NCBI GenBank assembly: GCA_965644295.1
Contig: CBFFRP010000183.1
Coordinates: 1 to 56,386 of the forward strand
Reading direction: 5' to 3'
From: Paraphysomonas bandaiensis
Taxonomy: Eukaryota > Protista > Chrysophyceae
DNA length: 56,386 bases
Shown in pieces: positions 1 through 12,187 of this stretch. A program made the position numbers and the translations under genes. How positions within the stretch are numbered: the first letter of the stretch is position 1; each line of letters starts with the position of its first letter. The notes under the pieces are model-generated. The model saw only the letters and a list, made by a program, of their open reading frames with translations. It made no database searches and was not told where the DNA came from.

Positions 1-577
1 TTAAAACTGCTTTCGTACATTGGTATAAAATAAAAAGACACCGTCCAGTGTGTTTGTTTACCATTATAATTTACAACTTCTTTTTTCAAGGGTTTTAAAT
101 TTTCATCATATAAACAGGAAATCCAGTATCTTTTTTGGCTCTTCATCACCATATACACAAAAGGAGTTTATCTCTTACTATGCCTGTATTAGTTATGAGG
201 CTGTATGTAGTTGGATTTTTAGTATTTTTTACTTTACATTTATTATCATCACATATTGCATATGATCTATTTCTATCACAATGCGTACCACAAACAAGAA
301 ATTGATTTTCGCAAATATCAATACAATTGCTTTCTGTTGAAAAGTTTTCCGCAATAAAATTTAAATCATTGCAACCATTAAAAGCAATTGCTGATATATC
401 TAAGCTTTCATAGTTTATATAAAAACCGATACATTCAACTTCATAATAATCACATTCCCCATTATAAGGTAATGGCGGTAATATAATTGTACAATCTTCA
501 GGTGTATCGCCGACTGTATCAGAATTCATAGATGTAAAATTATAGATAAAAGATTTGTTTCTAGGGAATAGATTCAT
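1..577 (-). pseudogene. Beta-rich virus-like protein, probably frameshifted
   Basis: ORF 146..577 (MNLFPRNKSFIYNFTS..DCTIILPPLP..YEVECIGFYIN). Another frame nearer the edge continues ..NYNGKQTHWTVSFYFIPMYESSF, suggesting the original C-terminus was lost by frameshift. Confidence 0.4.
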
Positions 578-614
578 TATATATAATATGTGTTATATAA
601 TAATTTAAAATAAA

Positions 615-788
615 TTAAAGCTTTTTCTTAATTCTTTTCTTCACAGATGTAGCCTTTTTGTTTATCTTCTTAGCTACCTCCTTACGCTTATTCTCTGCGT
701 GTTTGGTTACGTCTTGTTTAGCTTTGTTTACTGTTGCTCTCAAAGCTTTATTAATCAGTTTGTTTACTTGGGCTTGATTCTTCGGCAT
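615..788 (-). CDS. 57-aa very basic small protein (possible DNA-binding/core protein)
   Basis: Manual translation: MPKNQAQVNKLINKALRATVNKAKQDVTKHAENKRKEVAKKINKKATSVKKRIKKKL*. Below the ORF-track cutoff. Confidence 0.55.
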   Translation of the reverse strand: MPKNQAQVNKLINKALRATVNKAKQDVTKHAENKRKEVAKKINKKATSVKKRIKKKL

Positions 789-856
789 ATATAATAAGTG
801 TATATATTTTTACAGGATAATAGGGAGTAAAATACGGCATGTCTATATATAGTGTT

Positions 857-1770
857 AAACCACGCGAGACGCATGAGGGTTAGGCGCAATTGAGTCGAAA
901 GGCCTTCTTGGGGTCAGGTGTACATGTACTGGTCGCCTTTTCGTCGTGCTTCTTCTGCAGCCGCGAGTACCCGTAGTATCGCTATCATCGTCCCGTTCCT
1001 CCAGCGATAACCATGCTGGGACGGATGCAAAACTTTCTGTTTCACTCCCATACGGTAAGAATTCTATGAGTGATTATCCTTGTTAATATTTTCCTACTGA
1101 CTTCAAAGCAGACCGATCGGTCGGAGATTAGTGAGGGAGGATTCTCCTGGTTTCTTGAGAATGGGAGACATTACCCTGTCTCTCCACCAAATGGGCACAT
1201 GTTTATGTGTTTCCAGAGAGATCTGGTGAGGATGTAAGCCTCTCCTTCAGACTACCGGTGGCCAGAAGTTGACCATGTTGGAGGAGACCATTGAGGTCCA
1301 GGCGCGGTTGAAGGGAGAGAGTGAAGTGTGCAGTAGAATTCATCTGGGTGATGTCTTTTGCAAGAGTAGATTTGAGTGTGGCTGCCATGGCCGGAGTGGT
1401 CTTGGTACAAAGGGCCCGTCATGCAACAGTTGCAGGGGAAGAGGAATTTTCGAGCGGGGGTGGAGTGGTTCCTGGCATGTCGCTGAGCCCGGATCAAGAA
1501 GTGATTTCCACCATGTAGGGTCATCCTGGAGCTGTTGTGCTACAGGGGTCAAGTCCAGGAGGTTTGGCATGATGTTCACGGAAGTGCGCATTGACCTTCA
1601 TGAATGTCTTGCAGCGTGTGAGATGTGTCCGTCCGTTGTTTCCACCGTGGTAAGTCGGAGTGGTGTTTTGACCTTGAGACCAATTTTCTGAAGAATTGCT
1701 TGAAGTCTTTTCTGCTGTAGCAGTGCCTCCAGCTGCTTGGTGCGAGCCGTGAGTCTAGTCCGCATTTCTG
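857..1770 (-). mobile_element. Degenerate LINE reverse transcriptase fragment (RT domains 0-3)
   Basis: Across frameshifts, in the correct RT order: STAPGP, LRPIGLL/EVSRKI, LHPSQHGYRWRNGT, KKAF/DSIAPN/LMRLAW. Confidence 0.85.
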
Positions 1771-2035
1771 TCAGCAGTAGGCGTCGAGAACCGTCACCAG
1801 ATAAGTAGTTAGATGAAGACTAGTGAAGCTAGATCGACTTCCACCTGTGTAGTAGTCTCACCTGATCGTACTATTTAACGCTACAGAAGCTGCTTGTGAG
1901 TCGTTGCAAACACCAAGGTGCCAGGTGCAACCACCTCTGTTCTTGTATGTGAGGGAGAAGCTCTCTATGGACGTGAGTCCTTGAGGTACAGAAGGGGATC
2001 GTCAGGGGGACGCCGCAGGATTCTGTAACGTAGTG
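1771..2035 (-). mobile_element. LINE 3' end fragment
   Basis: Shares AGCAGTAGGCGT..CTATTTAACGCTACAGAAGCTGCTTGTG..CCAAGGTGC with 25436-25600. Encodes a RRPPD C-terminal motif like GRPPD at ~25670. Confidence 0.8.
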
Positions 2036-2036
2036 A

Positions 2037-2257
2037 GCACCTTAAGAACTCATTTTTTGAAGTCAGCAGGTGTCAGGCGTATCTACATTCTGCTTGTTGC
2101 TCACTGCGTTTGCTTTGAGTGATAGAGCTAAAATGGTCACACCTTGGTACTTGCGGTGACGCACAAGAAGCTATCATAGAGCTAAATAGTAGTATATCAG
2201 AGTTGTTAAATTGTTTGTCTAAATTGATTCTGACTCTTACAAGCTTATTGCTAATAA
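2037..2257 (+). mobile_element. 3' fragment of the SINE-like family, opposite orientation
   Basis: 2037-2125 is close to the reverse complement of 39160-39245. It ends in TTATTGCTAATAA, matching the family terminus. Confidence 0.7.
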
Positions 2258-3051
2258 GCAGACATTAACTCATGTTAGCGCAACAGTACTAAATGATCTA
2301 AATAACTTAATAAAACCTAACACGACTAGTGCCATTATTCTACTCTTTGACTCTGCGAATGTTACTTCTTTGTTGCCACAAGTACTGATATTATGCAGTA
2401 TAGTATGAAGTGTAGGGAGAAGTGAAATGGGGTGAAATGGGGTGAAATGAACTGGAGAGAAGTGCAACAGTATCGCTCTGTATTTTTCTACCGACAATGC
2501 TAAACGTGTGGCTGTTGTTGCATTAGATTCAATTTTTTATAGAGATTTTTCTTATAACACTTGCTTCAAGTAACATATAATAAATACTACTATATAGCCA
2601 ACGATTAAGGAAAAGGTTGTCCCATATTGATAAAAAAGGAATACTAACCAAGAATAATAATAATCGAAATTATCATTTTTAAAACCAATAAATTTTAACG
2701 CAAGTCAGGATGTAATTACCAAAAACAGAAGCAGTGAATGAGAAAATGATTCTAAAATTTACAGAATTTTGACGACTCATTGTGTTTGCAGTAAATTAAA
2801 TATAAAAACTATTGAATAAAGAACTTTCGTTCGCTGCTTGTTCCATCTTTACATTTTTGATTTACATCAAAGATTTATATTGGTGGTAAATATTTGGCGC
2901 CAGAATACTCCTGTTACTGTGATTAAGAAAAAGTGTTTTCGGAAAAGACTTTGTCGGTAAATATAGATTGAATTTTTCTACTCTCTGCATATGATCTTAT
3001 ATTAGCACCATCATCATGTTTAAGCTTTCTTCGGTAGTCGGTAGTGGATTC

Positions 3052-3170
3052 CTTATTACTAGTAATAGGCGTTTGAGAGTCAAAACTAATGTAGCAAAAA
3101 ACAATTCAACTAAAACAAATACTTAACTCTGATCAAGCACTTTCGCTCTCTGTCCTTAAGGTGAACACCG
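3052..3170 (-). mobile_element. Degenerate copy of the same LINE/SINE 3' end
   Basis: TTATTACTAGTAATAGGCGTT..GAGTC..AACTCTGAT..CCTTAAGGTGAACA resembles the copies at 2037-2257, 39236-39248 and 45301. Confidence 0.55.
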
Positions 3171-3650
3171 CGAAGATAGTTCCAGCATGAGTGTATTGAG
3201 ATAACAACTTCAATTATTACATGTATGATATTCATTCATCTCGCATGTGGTGGTATACCGGCTAGCTTGAGAGTCCTTATTATCCGTGGTTAAGTATAAC
3301 TATAAATATACTGCTGTCGCTTCTGAGATCAGCTCTTTAGCCTACAGCTCAAAATCTATTTGCCATATGCCAATATTTCGCTGCTGATAAAATAAACCAA
3401 CTTGCAGTATTAAAACCTATGACATTCCAGTAATAACAATTCAACTCCAACACTATTCGTCTGCTAATTCCCTTAATGGTGAAAGTAACCAAGCCACAGT
3501 CCATATATTCTTCCCTGAGTGTCAGACTACAGCGACGGCGAGAGATAAAACCGTATAACCGTCCTATCATTTTTTAAAAGACTGAATATATAACTTATTA
3601 TGTAGCAATCCTGATGACACACTGAACGTCTGAGATAAAACTAGGTAACA

Positions 3651-5068
3651 CTATTTCTCAACAACTTTCCCAGTAAAGGCTTTCGGCTTACTCGGTCCTG
3701 TTTTGATTTGACTGACCTGTGTATTCTGTGTGGCGTTTAGAGACGCTGCCATTCTAGCAGCCTTGAATTTGCTTGTGGGTCTACGTGGAGTAGAGTCGGG
3801 GATATCGGTATTGATCTCACCGACAGGAGATTGAGTGGTGTCAGCCCCACTACGATCAAATGAACTGACTGTCGCTTCTTTTGTCTCTATGTCTGACAAA
3901 CACTTCCCTTGCAATAATCCTGTTTCCATTACAACCTTTGGGCTTTGCTTGACATTATTATTCTTCTGTCTACTCTGCGATGAAAGAAATCCTTTTTTCC
4001 ATTGCTTGGAGGACAGAAATGACTCACTTTCCAGCTTTTCAGTACGTTCTTGTTCCTCCAACTGGTCCAAAAACCGAAACAAGTCATCATCGGAATGGTT
4101 AGCGGTTGGGTTATGGGTAGACGCAAGTTCTCGAATAAACGACGCTTCCGACTATATAGTATCACGGTATATTAGCAACACATGATAATATACAGCGTCG
4201 ACGATAACTAGATACGTAAAAACAAAACATAGGTTCTCTGCTTCAAAGCATATGACATATAGTGAACAGGGTGGGCAATGAAAATGAGTTATTACACACT
4301 TCTACAGTGTGTTACGCACATTTAGCACTTCGGTTGACTTCTCTGTCGCACTTAACTTTTCCTGCATACGTGAGTACATTTCGTCTAAATCCACCACCTC
4401 GCCGTCAGGTCCGGTAATTTTTCCGGTAGTCTTACCATCCTGCACGCTGGTGGTGTTCTTCAAAACGTTCGATGCAGATGTGAGTTCACTGTTTAGGTCA
4501 ACTATTTGACCTGTGATTCGACCCGAATCATCACAGAACTCCCTTATTTCACACGCATGCAAACGTTGATTCTCGTCTTCAGATTCTATGTTCTCAACAG
4601 CGACTGTGTTGCTCGGGGTTCGCACAGCAGGCTTATCTTCGGAAGAAAATTTTGTCAGTAGATTATTTTCCTCAGGCACAGCTGTTCTGCTTTCCACCTG
4701 ATGGATTTCTTTTTTGAGATATTCAATTTCATTCTCCAAGTGTTTCGCTGCTTCCGTGTAAGACATCAAAACATTTTCTCCGCTCTTTGTGTTGACATAA
4801 AACTCATTGGTGTGCACGAGACGTCCAGGAGAAAACGCCACACTCGATAAGGAGATCTGCATGACGATGAGTCTTATCGTATGCTAATGAAGGATCATAA
4901 CATGCCTACCATACACTTGTAGTCCACCTTAGAGGGGAAAGCCAGCACAGTCTTTACCAGTGCTTCTTTGCTCCTACACACACTCATAACTCAGAGGAGA
5001 GAGATGTTTAACTTAACTTACTCCAACTCAGTCTTCATGGCTTCAAGGGATCTTTTCTCGCAGCTCAT
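3651..5068 (-). CDS. URI1: Unconventional prefoldin RPB5 interactor (URI/Bud27)-like, spliced
   Basis: Spliced N-terminus MSCEKRSLEAMKTELESKEALVKTVLAFPSKVDYKCM|ISLSSVAFSPGRLVHTNE matches the URI alpha-prefoldin motif (PxKxxYxxMVP..AFxPGxLVHTNE). C-terminal SKFKAAR motif is present. At least 3 GT-AG introns; boundaries of the third intron are uncertain. Confidence 0.8.
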
Positions 5069-5342
5069 CTTGCTCACGCAACACGTAAGGCGTATGCTGG
5101 AGAGGAGAGACTCGCTGTGTTCTCTCTTGAGTTGACGCACAGCGCAGCGCAGCACACAGAGAGGCTCTGCTCACTCTGTATTACACTCCACTACTGCTGT
5201 ATATCCTGCTGTACTCTTGCAGACGAATACAGCAGTATTATGTATTGTATACCATGGTATACAAGGTGGGAGGTGCTTCGCTCACTGTGAGCTTATTTGA
5301 ATTGGTAACAAACACCCCAACACAACACAACACAACTGAAGG

Positions 5343-5881
5343 ATGAAGCCGAAAACTAATGGGTCCACTATTGAAAGCTCGACCGCCGAGTCGAAAGAAG
5401 ACTATGATGATGCGAGGGAGATAACATGCAGTCAGAATAGTCAAACTTCGTTTGAGTGCAATAAACCTGGACAACGGTTTCCCACTCCTTCACCGGGATC
5501 TGGAGATAGAGTGTTTTATGATACACTTTTGGTACAGCGCCCTGATAGTGAGATGGCACAGGAATGGTGCGTTTCTCATGGAACTCTAGAGTATGATCAC
5601 GCAGAGAAGTTATATAGAATAATTTGTAAGAGAAAAGGAAAAGAATATGATTTTAAAGGCTCGACTTCCAAACGAGCAGCACCGAACACTAGTAAGAGCC
5701 GCGCTCCATCGAATAAGAATCGTAAAATTATTGATGAAACCAATCAGTCATGTGATACAGGTACAACAAAATATGTTACATGACAATAACATCGTGGTAT
5801 ATTTCGTTCTTATTATTTATTATTTGTACAGGCTTAGCTGTGGGATCTGTTTGGGAGGGTCAGGGTTCGTCAGGACTTTGA
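5343..5881 (+). CDS. Conserved eukaryotic protein of unknown function
   Basis: Motif GQRFPTPSPGSGDRVFYDTLLVQRPDSEMAQEWCVSHG. Intron 5761-5831 gives the C-terminus GLAVGSVWEGQGSSGL*. Head-to-head with URI1. Confidence 0.7.
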
Positions 5882-7390
5882 GTTGCGTTCAGTGATTTCT
5901 CGGAATCCTACACAACCCATATAAGACGTCAGTGTATGTGTTATGATGCAGTGATATTGTCTATTAACATAATAACATTTATTGTTAAGCACGTAATATT
6001 CATCTGCTTACTGTTGTGACCTTGGTTACGGTTTGCTGCTGATGTTTGTAGCCCAATTAGTTCCACCTCCAATCGCTCGTGGAGTTTTGATGATAGCTAT
6101 TAATCAAGGCAAGGGAACGATATATTGCAGCATGCTACCTTCCGAACAATACCACTGCAATTGTTTTATTGCATTATATTGGAATGGTGCCTTATAGTAT
6201 ACTACATGCGTATATTCTATTTACGTTCTCAAGATCACCAACTCACTGTGCTTCCAAACAAAGAATACCTACTGCTTACCTGAGAGCTCGTACCCATCTT
6301 GTGCTACAGATGGTTGGGGAGTTATACGTTATACTATATGCAATATGCATGCAATATCACATTAATATATTGTACCTATTATCTATGTCGTATTGAAATA
6401 AGATTTAAAGCTAGTCGTGGTATTTAGTAAAGATACACTTGGTGTTGTGTTATTAGAGATAAAGATTAAATGAGCGATAAGGCCTACTAATAGTACAATA
6501 GCAAGACACTTTTGAGCAGAGCGTTTGCACCACACACATGTGCGTATCTTGTACAGTCGCATATCATATATAGTTTGGTAATTATTCAGTCTGTTTGTAT
6601 TTCATTGTATACATGTGTTGTATTCACGCGTTAAGGGATATACGTGAATCAATGACTCTTAATACTCCCCCTCAATGAAATAATCATTTGACGTGTACAT
6701 AGAACATAGACATACACATGCATGCGTTTGCTGCAAATTAACGACAAATCTTGATATATGCTAAATTTCACCTAATCTTATAGTTCATTACAGTACACCA
6801 TCTAGTTCTCATTATTGCTTGCGCATGTAACAGAAAAGCAATAACTGTACCCCAATGAATGAACTGATTATTACTCAACAGACCAATAGTACTCCAGCTA
6901 CACACTCTACTACTCTAGTCTCTAGTACCAATACTTATTACCTGACACTAGCCGGGAGTCTCTGGAGCTTAAAGCCATTTCTGATACATTATTTCTCTTT
7001 TTACCACGACTGAGAGCATTGCTCAGTAAGTCGAGCATATCCACTACCTCACCTGCATGGTCTTCTTTTTCCATTTCAAACACGGTTTCATGCTGTAAAT
7101 CAGCACATGAATCAACGACGTACTCGGACTGAACTTTCACTGCGCATTTCAAATGCTTTTCTCCCCTCCAATACTAATAGGCATACTGCTTGCTTGCGTC
7201 GTCTTCAATAACCTCGAGACATACACTCTCCGCTTTTCTACAGGTCACGGGAACCCACTTGTCACGCTCATTTTGTCGATAATGAGGCATAAACCTTCAC
7301 AATAGCTCTCCCGCATAGTGATGAAGCTTGCAATACGAACTCACAGTTAATAATGGCACGATTCACAGTGTATTCGCTCTCTCAAATTCC

Positions 7391-7561
7391 TTCTGTGGGA
7401 ATAAGTCGATCCAGCGGAATATGTCGATCCAGCAAAAAAATCGACCTTTTTTCGTTATTTCTCTGAAATATATTCGTCAAAAAACAGCATGCATCAAAAA
7501 AACCTGGATTTTTTTGCTGGATCGACATATTCTGCTGGATCTTATATTCCCACACACAGAA
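7391..7561. mobile_element. MITE-like inverted-repeat element
   Basis: TGTGGGAATA..GATCCAGCGGAATATGTCGATCCAGCAAAAAAATC on the left is mirrored by GATTTTTTTGCTGGATCGACATATTCTGCTGGATC..TATTCCCACA on the right. Confidence 0.75.
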
Positions 7562-8507
7562 TTGTTGCCTTATTGGAATTCCAAGACATCACTATCTAAG
7601 TGCGTGGCATTCGCTACTTCAAAATTGAAGTTGCGGTTTCTGCAGCACGACATCAAGATTTCAGCTGGATGATGGTATCTTGTTCCCTCAAACCATCCCT
7701 ATCTGCTTCTTGGAGTTCCAAAACGCTGTTCACATACCAGTGCCTGCCCATACTTCAATGTTCTGTTCGACGTCACACTTTAGTCAGCCGCATTTGCGAT
7801 TACTACACAATCACAACTTCACTGCAATCAAGTCAGAGTTATCATCACGACTAAGATTCGTGTCCTCACAGTGAGTGTTGCCTGGAGTGACACTTCTTTA
7901 TTGGCATGCTCCATTTCTGATTGGCTTCTGCGGTATATTTTTTTGGACAAGACGATGAAAAACGACGCTTTTGTTCTCGTTAGCGCGAAGGGCATCCCAG
8001 TAGAGCTCATAGAACTCCCATCCATACACTCGTATCCAGAATATACTCCAGAGCGCAAGTAAAACTCCCTTGCCTGACAATCCTGGAGTTTTACTTGCGC
8101 TCTGGAGCTTGAGGAAGATTTTACTCCCTTGCCTGACGATCCTGCAGAGTGTTCGATCATGGAAGACCGCAGTCCTGATCCCTTCTATCAGACATTGCAT
8201 GCTCTTACTTGTCCAGATACACTGGATGAAATGATTCGTTACTAATATTCGCCGCAAGGGAATGGATACTTTAAACGAGCAGCAGCATGTGGCAGCTCGA
8301 ACAGCCGAACTGGAGACATCACGGTATCATGACCAGCTCACTGAAACCAATTCATTTCCGTCGGCTGACTTAACACTGCTTCCTGCATCGTTTGTTTCTA
8401 CTTATTTAGTAATATTTTTTGCTATCTGTTCCTTAGTCTTAGTTTGTTTCATTTTTACCATTAACTAACATTCGATACAACGTAACTTTTACTTACATAA
8501 CCTTTCG

Positions 8508-8646
8508 ACACTTAGTAACACTTACTTCTATTCACACTTAGTAACAACTTAGTAACACTTACTTCTATTCACACTTAGTAACAACTTAGTAACACTTACT
8601 TAGTAACACTTACTTCTATTCACACTTAGTAACAACTTAGTAACAC
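8508..8646. repeat. Minisatellite built from ACTTAGTAAC(A) and ACTTACTTCTATTCAC units
   Basis: Direct reading. A 23-nt identical unit also occurs at 37369-37391. Confidence 0.9.
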
Positions 8647-9346
8647 CATATTTATATGAATATTGGTGTATATATTTGGAGATAGTTCTACTGAGGGTAA
8701 AACCCACGAGTGCAATCACAGATTGTGGATTACTGGATTACACGTATTCTATAATTCGGAGATATGAGATATGGAGATATATTGTTGAAACTACTTAAAG
8801 AAATTTTAATGCCTTGTCGTTAGAAATTATAGAATTGGCGTCATAAAATTTAAATAATTGTTCAAAATAATCAAATTTTAGTTCCAACTTTGGTCATATA
8901 CTCTGAGGTTCAACGCACTTCGAACAGGTGATGCACTCAGCACTTACAAAAATGAGAGATGCCTGTGCTTTTGATGAGGGGTTTAATGTCCATGATGTAA
9001 AAAAGAGAGCGAAACTTAACCGGACTTAACCACAAGATGCCGCTCAATTCTTATTGAATTCCGAAGATGTAATGTAATACATTGCACTATGTGTTGTTGG
9101 TTAGAGGCTATTACACATTTGAGTATAATCTATTGGGCTTGCCACAAAGACATTATTATTGGTCTTTGTGGCAAGGCTTTGGGCGTGGAAAGACAGCATT
9201 AAATCATGGAATAATATGAAAACTTCAATAATTCTTACACGCACAACAAGTTTCGTTCTTTTATATATCCTTCAAACAGTATCTAGTAGAATATATATAT
9301 CAAATATATCTTCTGCTCAATTCATATTCGTCATATTACCTGCAGG

Positions 9347-9706
9347 TCAACTATCCTTTTTAATCATATATCCCTGCTCAGCAGGACTCAAATAATTCTC
9401 AGGAACATCCTGGGCATAATGATTGAACCATTCTCGGACATCCTCATACTTCCAAACATCCAAGTCCATTTTACTGTAAGTTCTGATATCATTGCTACGG
9501 TCGCTTGGGCGAAGGACACGATCGTTGACTGTACCAGTTTTGTGCATTGTCTGTCTTGTTCTGGTTAGTCGACTTTGTGTGTGTGCTTCTTTCTCTGTTT
9601 TCAGCTGTTTGTCCTTCGATTTAGCTGCATTTGACAGTTTGGATATTTCGTCGTAGAGTTTTCGCACTTGGGCTTTCTTAGTTTCAATTTTAGCTGTTCG
9701 ATCCAT
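9347..9706 (-). CDS. Hypothetical coiled-coil, Lys-rich protein (possibly TE-derived)
   Basis: 119-aa ATG ORF with a helical charged N-terminal half. No family recognised. Confidence 0.3.
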   Translation of the reverse strand: MDRTAKIETKKAQVRKLYDEISKLSNAAKSKDKQLKTEKEAHTQSRLTRTRQTMHKTGTVNDRVLRPSDRSNDIRTYSKMDLDVWKYEDVREWFNHYAQDVPENYLSPAEQGYMIKKDS

Positions 9707-10689
9707 ACTTGTTTAGTAATACATAGCCCTTACTAAAGTGTCAACTCTTCTGCTAGACGGTCGAACTTTCTCTTGACTATAAAGTGCAGTTGTCAGTGTT
9801 CTCTCACCTGTATATACTGGTCTATGTACACACGCAAGTCTATATACTGTACTGTACATATGCTAGCTAGTCGACGAACGTTACTTCAGTCGTACTCCAT
9901 GATGGTACTACGAGCAGTAGGAATTTCTACTACTGTACGTCCATATACTCCTACGAGTCGTCGTAATTACCGTTGGAAAACAAAACGGTCGAAAAAGTCA
10001 TGAAAATAGATGATTTTATGTCTATTTTTCAGAAATAGATAACTTTTTCAATATTCAATGATAAATACTGTGCTTTTAACATAATAAAGCCCACATTGTG
10101 AGCTACATTTCGCTATAATTGACTTTGTGCTGAAAATGTATGAGTGACGAGATATGAGCAAATGAAGTCAGAAAATCCTATGAAAAAACACGTAAGAAAA
10201 AATTTCTGTCAACTTTAAACTCACACATTAATTCACACAATCACATTTACACAAATCCGTTCCTGCAATTTGAAGATAATTTTGTGCTCTATCCAGGGTT
10301 GGCATTAACTCTTCTGGGGATGGTCTATGACTGGTGATAAAAATTAATATGTCGAATGACCCCTCTATGGACACCAGCGACACTCAAAATAAATTTGATA
10401 CCCCAGAGCCTGTAAGTCAAACCAGGAGGTGCGGTAGACCACCAGGCTCGATAAGTGATACCAAAAGAATGAAACAAGCTCACTATATGAGCTTGAGAGG
10501 CAAATGGTGACCTGGTATTTCAGAAATGCCGACTGAAACTCCCCCTCCCAGACCATCAGAGGTAAATGCGCTCAATAGATTTTACATGCATCTCTAACGG
10601 TAGATCAATTAGATTTTGCTTGTTCAGCTGCTCGAAAACATAATGCACCTCTTTCCGCTGCATTCATATTGATTGCTTTTCGCTTAAAT

Positions 10690-11450
10690 TGGCATCTGCG
10701 TCATGAGTAGAACGGACACGGTGATGGTATTGTTGTGAGTCGGAAGACGCCAAGAATACGAACAAGCGCCGTATTTATCTGAAGCGTCGTATGGAATGTG
10801 ATGAGCTAATGAACGAAAGGAAGGCTGAAATACATGCATGGGAGACTGGTGGGAAGATTGGATCTAAACCAAGAGAACATTTATATGTTTACTTTGACGA
10901 ATCATATGCAAATAGAAATTATTGCATTGGTTTCACATGGCACGTCTTTGTTGGTGACTACGGTAGAGCAGTAAATATAAGTAAAGGAAAGGAGGATGAC
11001 TTGTTCTCCTCACGGCTATAACTAATGAGTACGGTATATGCTTTGTCGAAGCGTTGTAGAAAATGATTGGAATGAGACTCTTCTCATATTCAAGGCTCGT
11101 AAGGCAACAGGAGATTATGACCAAAACATGAACAGCGCAAGATTTTTTGAATGGCTGGAGAATAGATTATTTCCCGTTTTAGAGTTAAAGCACGTTGAGG
11201 TCGTTTTAGTTTCGGATAACGTATGTATCTTATCATTGTGTTGCGGCGCTAGGTTCCGTTATTGGAAATATTTAAAAGAGAAGAAGATACTTACGAATTA
11301 TTGGATAAGTACAGTGTACCATATACGATGATGACAAAACAAATGAAGAATGTACCGATAATATTGACGATGGCGACGACGAAGTAGATGCATGGGAAGA
11401 AGAATCCGATGAAGAACTAGCAGTAGGTGTGCAATTGCATGTCAACTAAT
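10690..11450 (+). mobile_element. IS630/Tc1-mariner-type transposase pseudogene
   Basis: YVYFDESY (D1), KGKG..LTAIT, GDYDQNMNSARFFEWLENRL..VLVSDN (D2). Frameshifted, with an acidic tail. Confidence 0.75.
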
Positions 11451-12187
11451 TATTATATATTAACCTAAATAATGAATTATTTTAATCCTAATCGAATAGA
11501 CATAATCACATAGTAATTGAGCTAGCTACAATTATAATAAAGAAGTAGTAGGTAGTTACTTTTAAGCAATTTAGATGCTTGAATATCCTGGTAACCACTT
11601 TGTCCTGCCAGAAAGACGAAAATATCAATTTTTTAAAAAACTAATAATAAATAGACTTATAAAATACTACTACTCAGTTAATTATGTGTAGCGTAAGGTA
11701 ATTACTAACGATTGATATAATTTTTAACTATTTTAAGTACTACTAAAGGGTTTTTTAAGGTGTTATAAAAATCCGGGGTTTTTGTAAAAACCCGGAAAAA
11801 TAACCTAGAAATTAAATTATCGTCAAAACTTTTAATTATTTTAAAAAATTATATACAGGGTTGAACAGAGCATAATGTAAGCTTCAAAAAACATATATAT
11901 ATGCTGTAAAAATTTTGACGAGAAGTTGGTGAAATTTCAGTTTTCCAACGCTATTTACAACATCTCGTACTGCTGTATTTGCCTTCGTTGTAGAGTGCAC
12001 GAGATATCAGTTTCCTCGAATCTTGCAGTAAAATAGGGTTTTGTATACACCCCAAAATCCCTATTTTTCAAAACCATGGTCACTGATGAGGAAGTCAGTA
12101 AGGCTGTGCATGCTGTACAGGACACTTGCGCTGCAACTCCCCTAAGAATATGCAGAATGTTCTTGCCCTCTCTGTAGTGCTCTTGTC

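Larger units (their letters stand above)
1..830 (-). mobile_element. AT-rich endogenous virus-like segment (Polinton-like virus/virophage-style), continuing off the left edge
   Basis: Much more AT-rich than the adjacent LINE remnant. Two closely packed, intronless, same-strand ORFs start in TATATAATG/TATATATG contexts. No hallmark gene (MCP, packaging ATPase, pPolB) is inside the window, so the viral call is inference. Confidence 0.4.

Noticed and set aside
6922-7330. Coding-like minus-strand segment
   Set aside because: Interrupted by stops and no recognisable motif; possibly a TE relic.
8508-8646. CRISPR-like array
   Set aside because: No unique spacers, no cas genes, eukaryotic context; it is a minisatellite.
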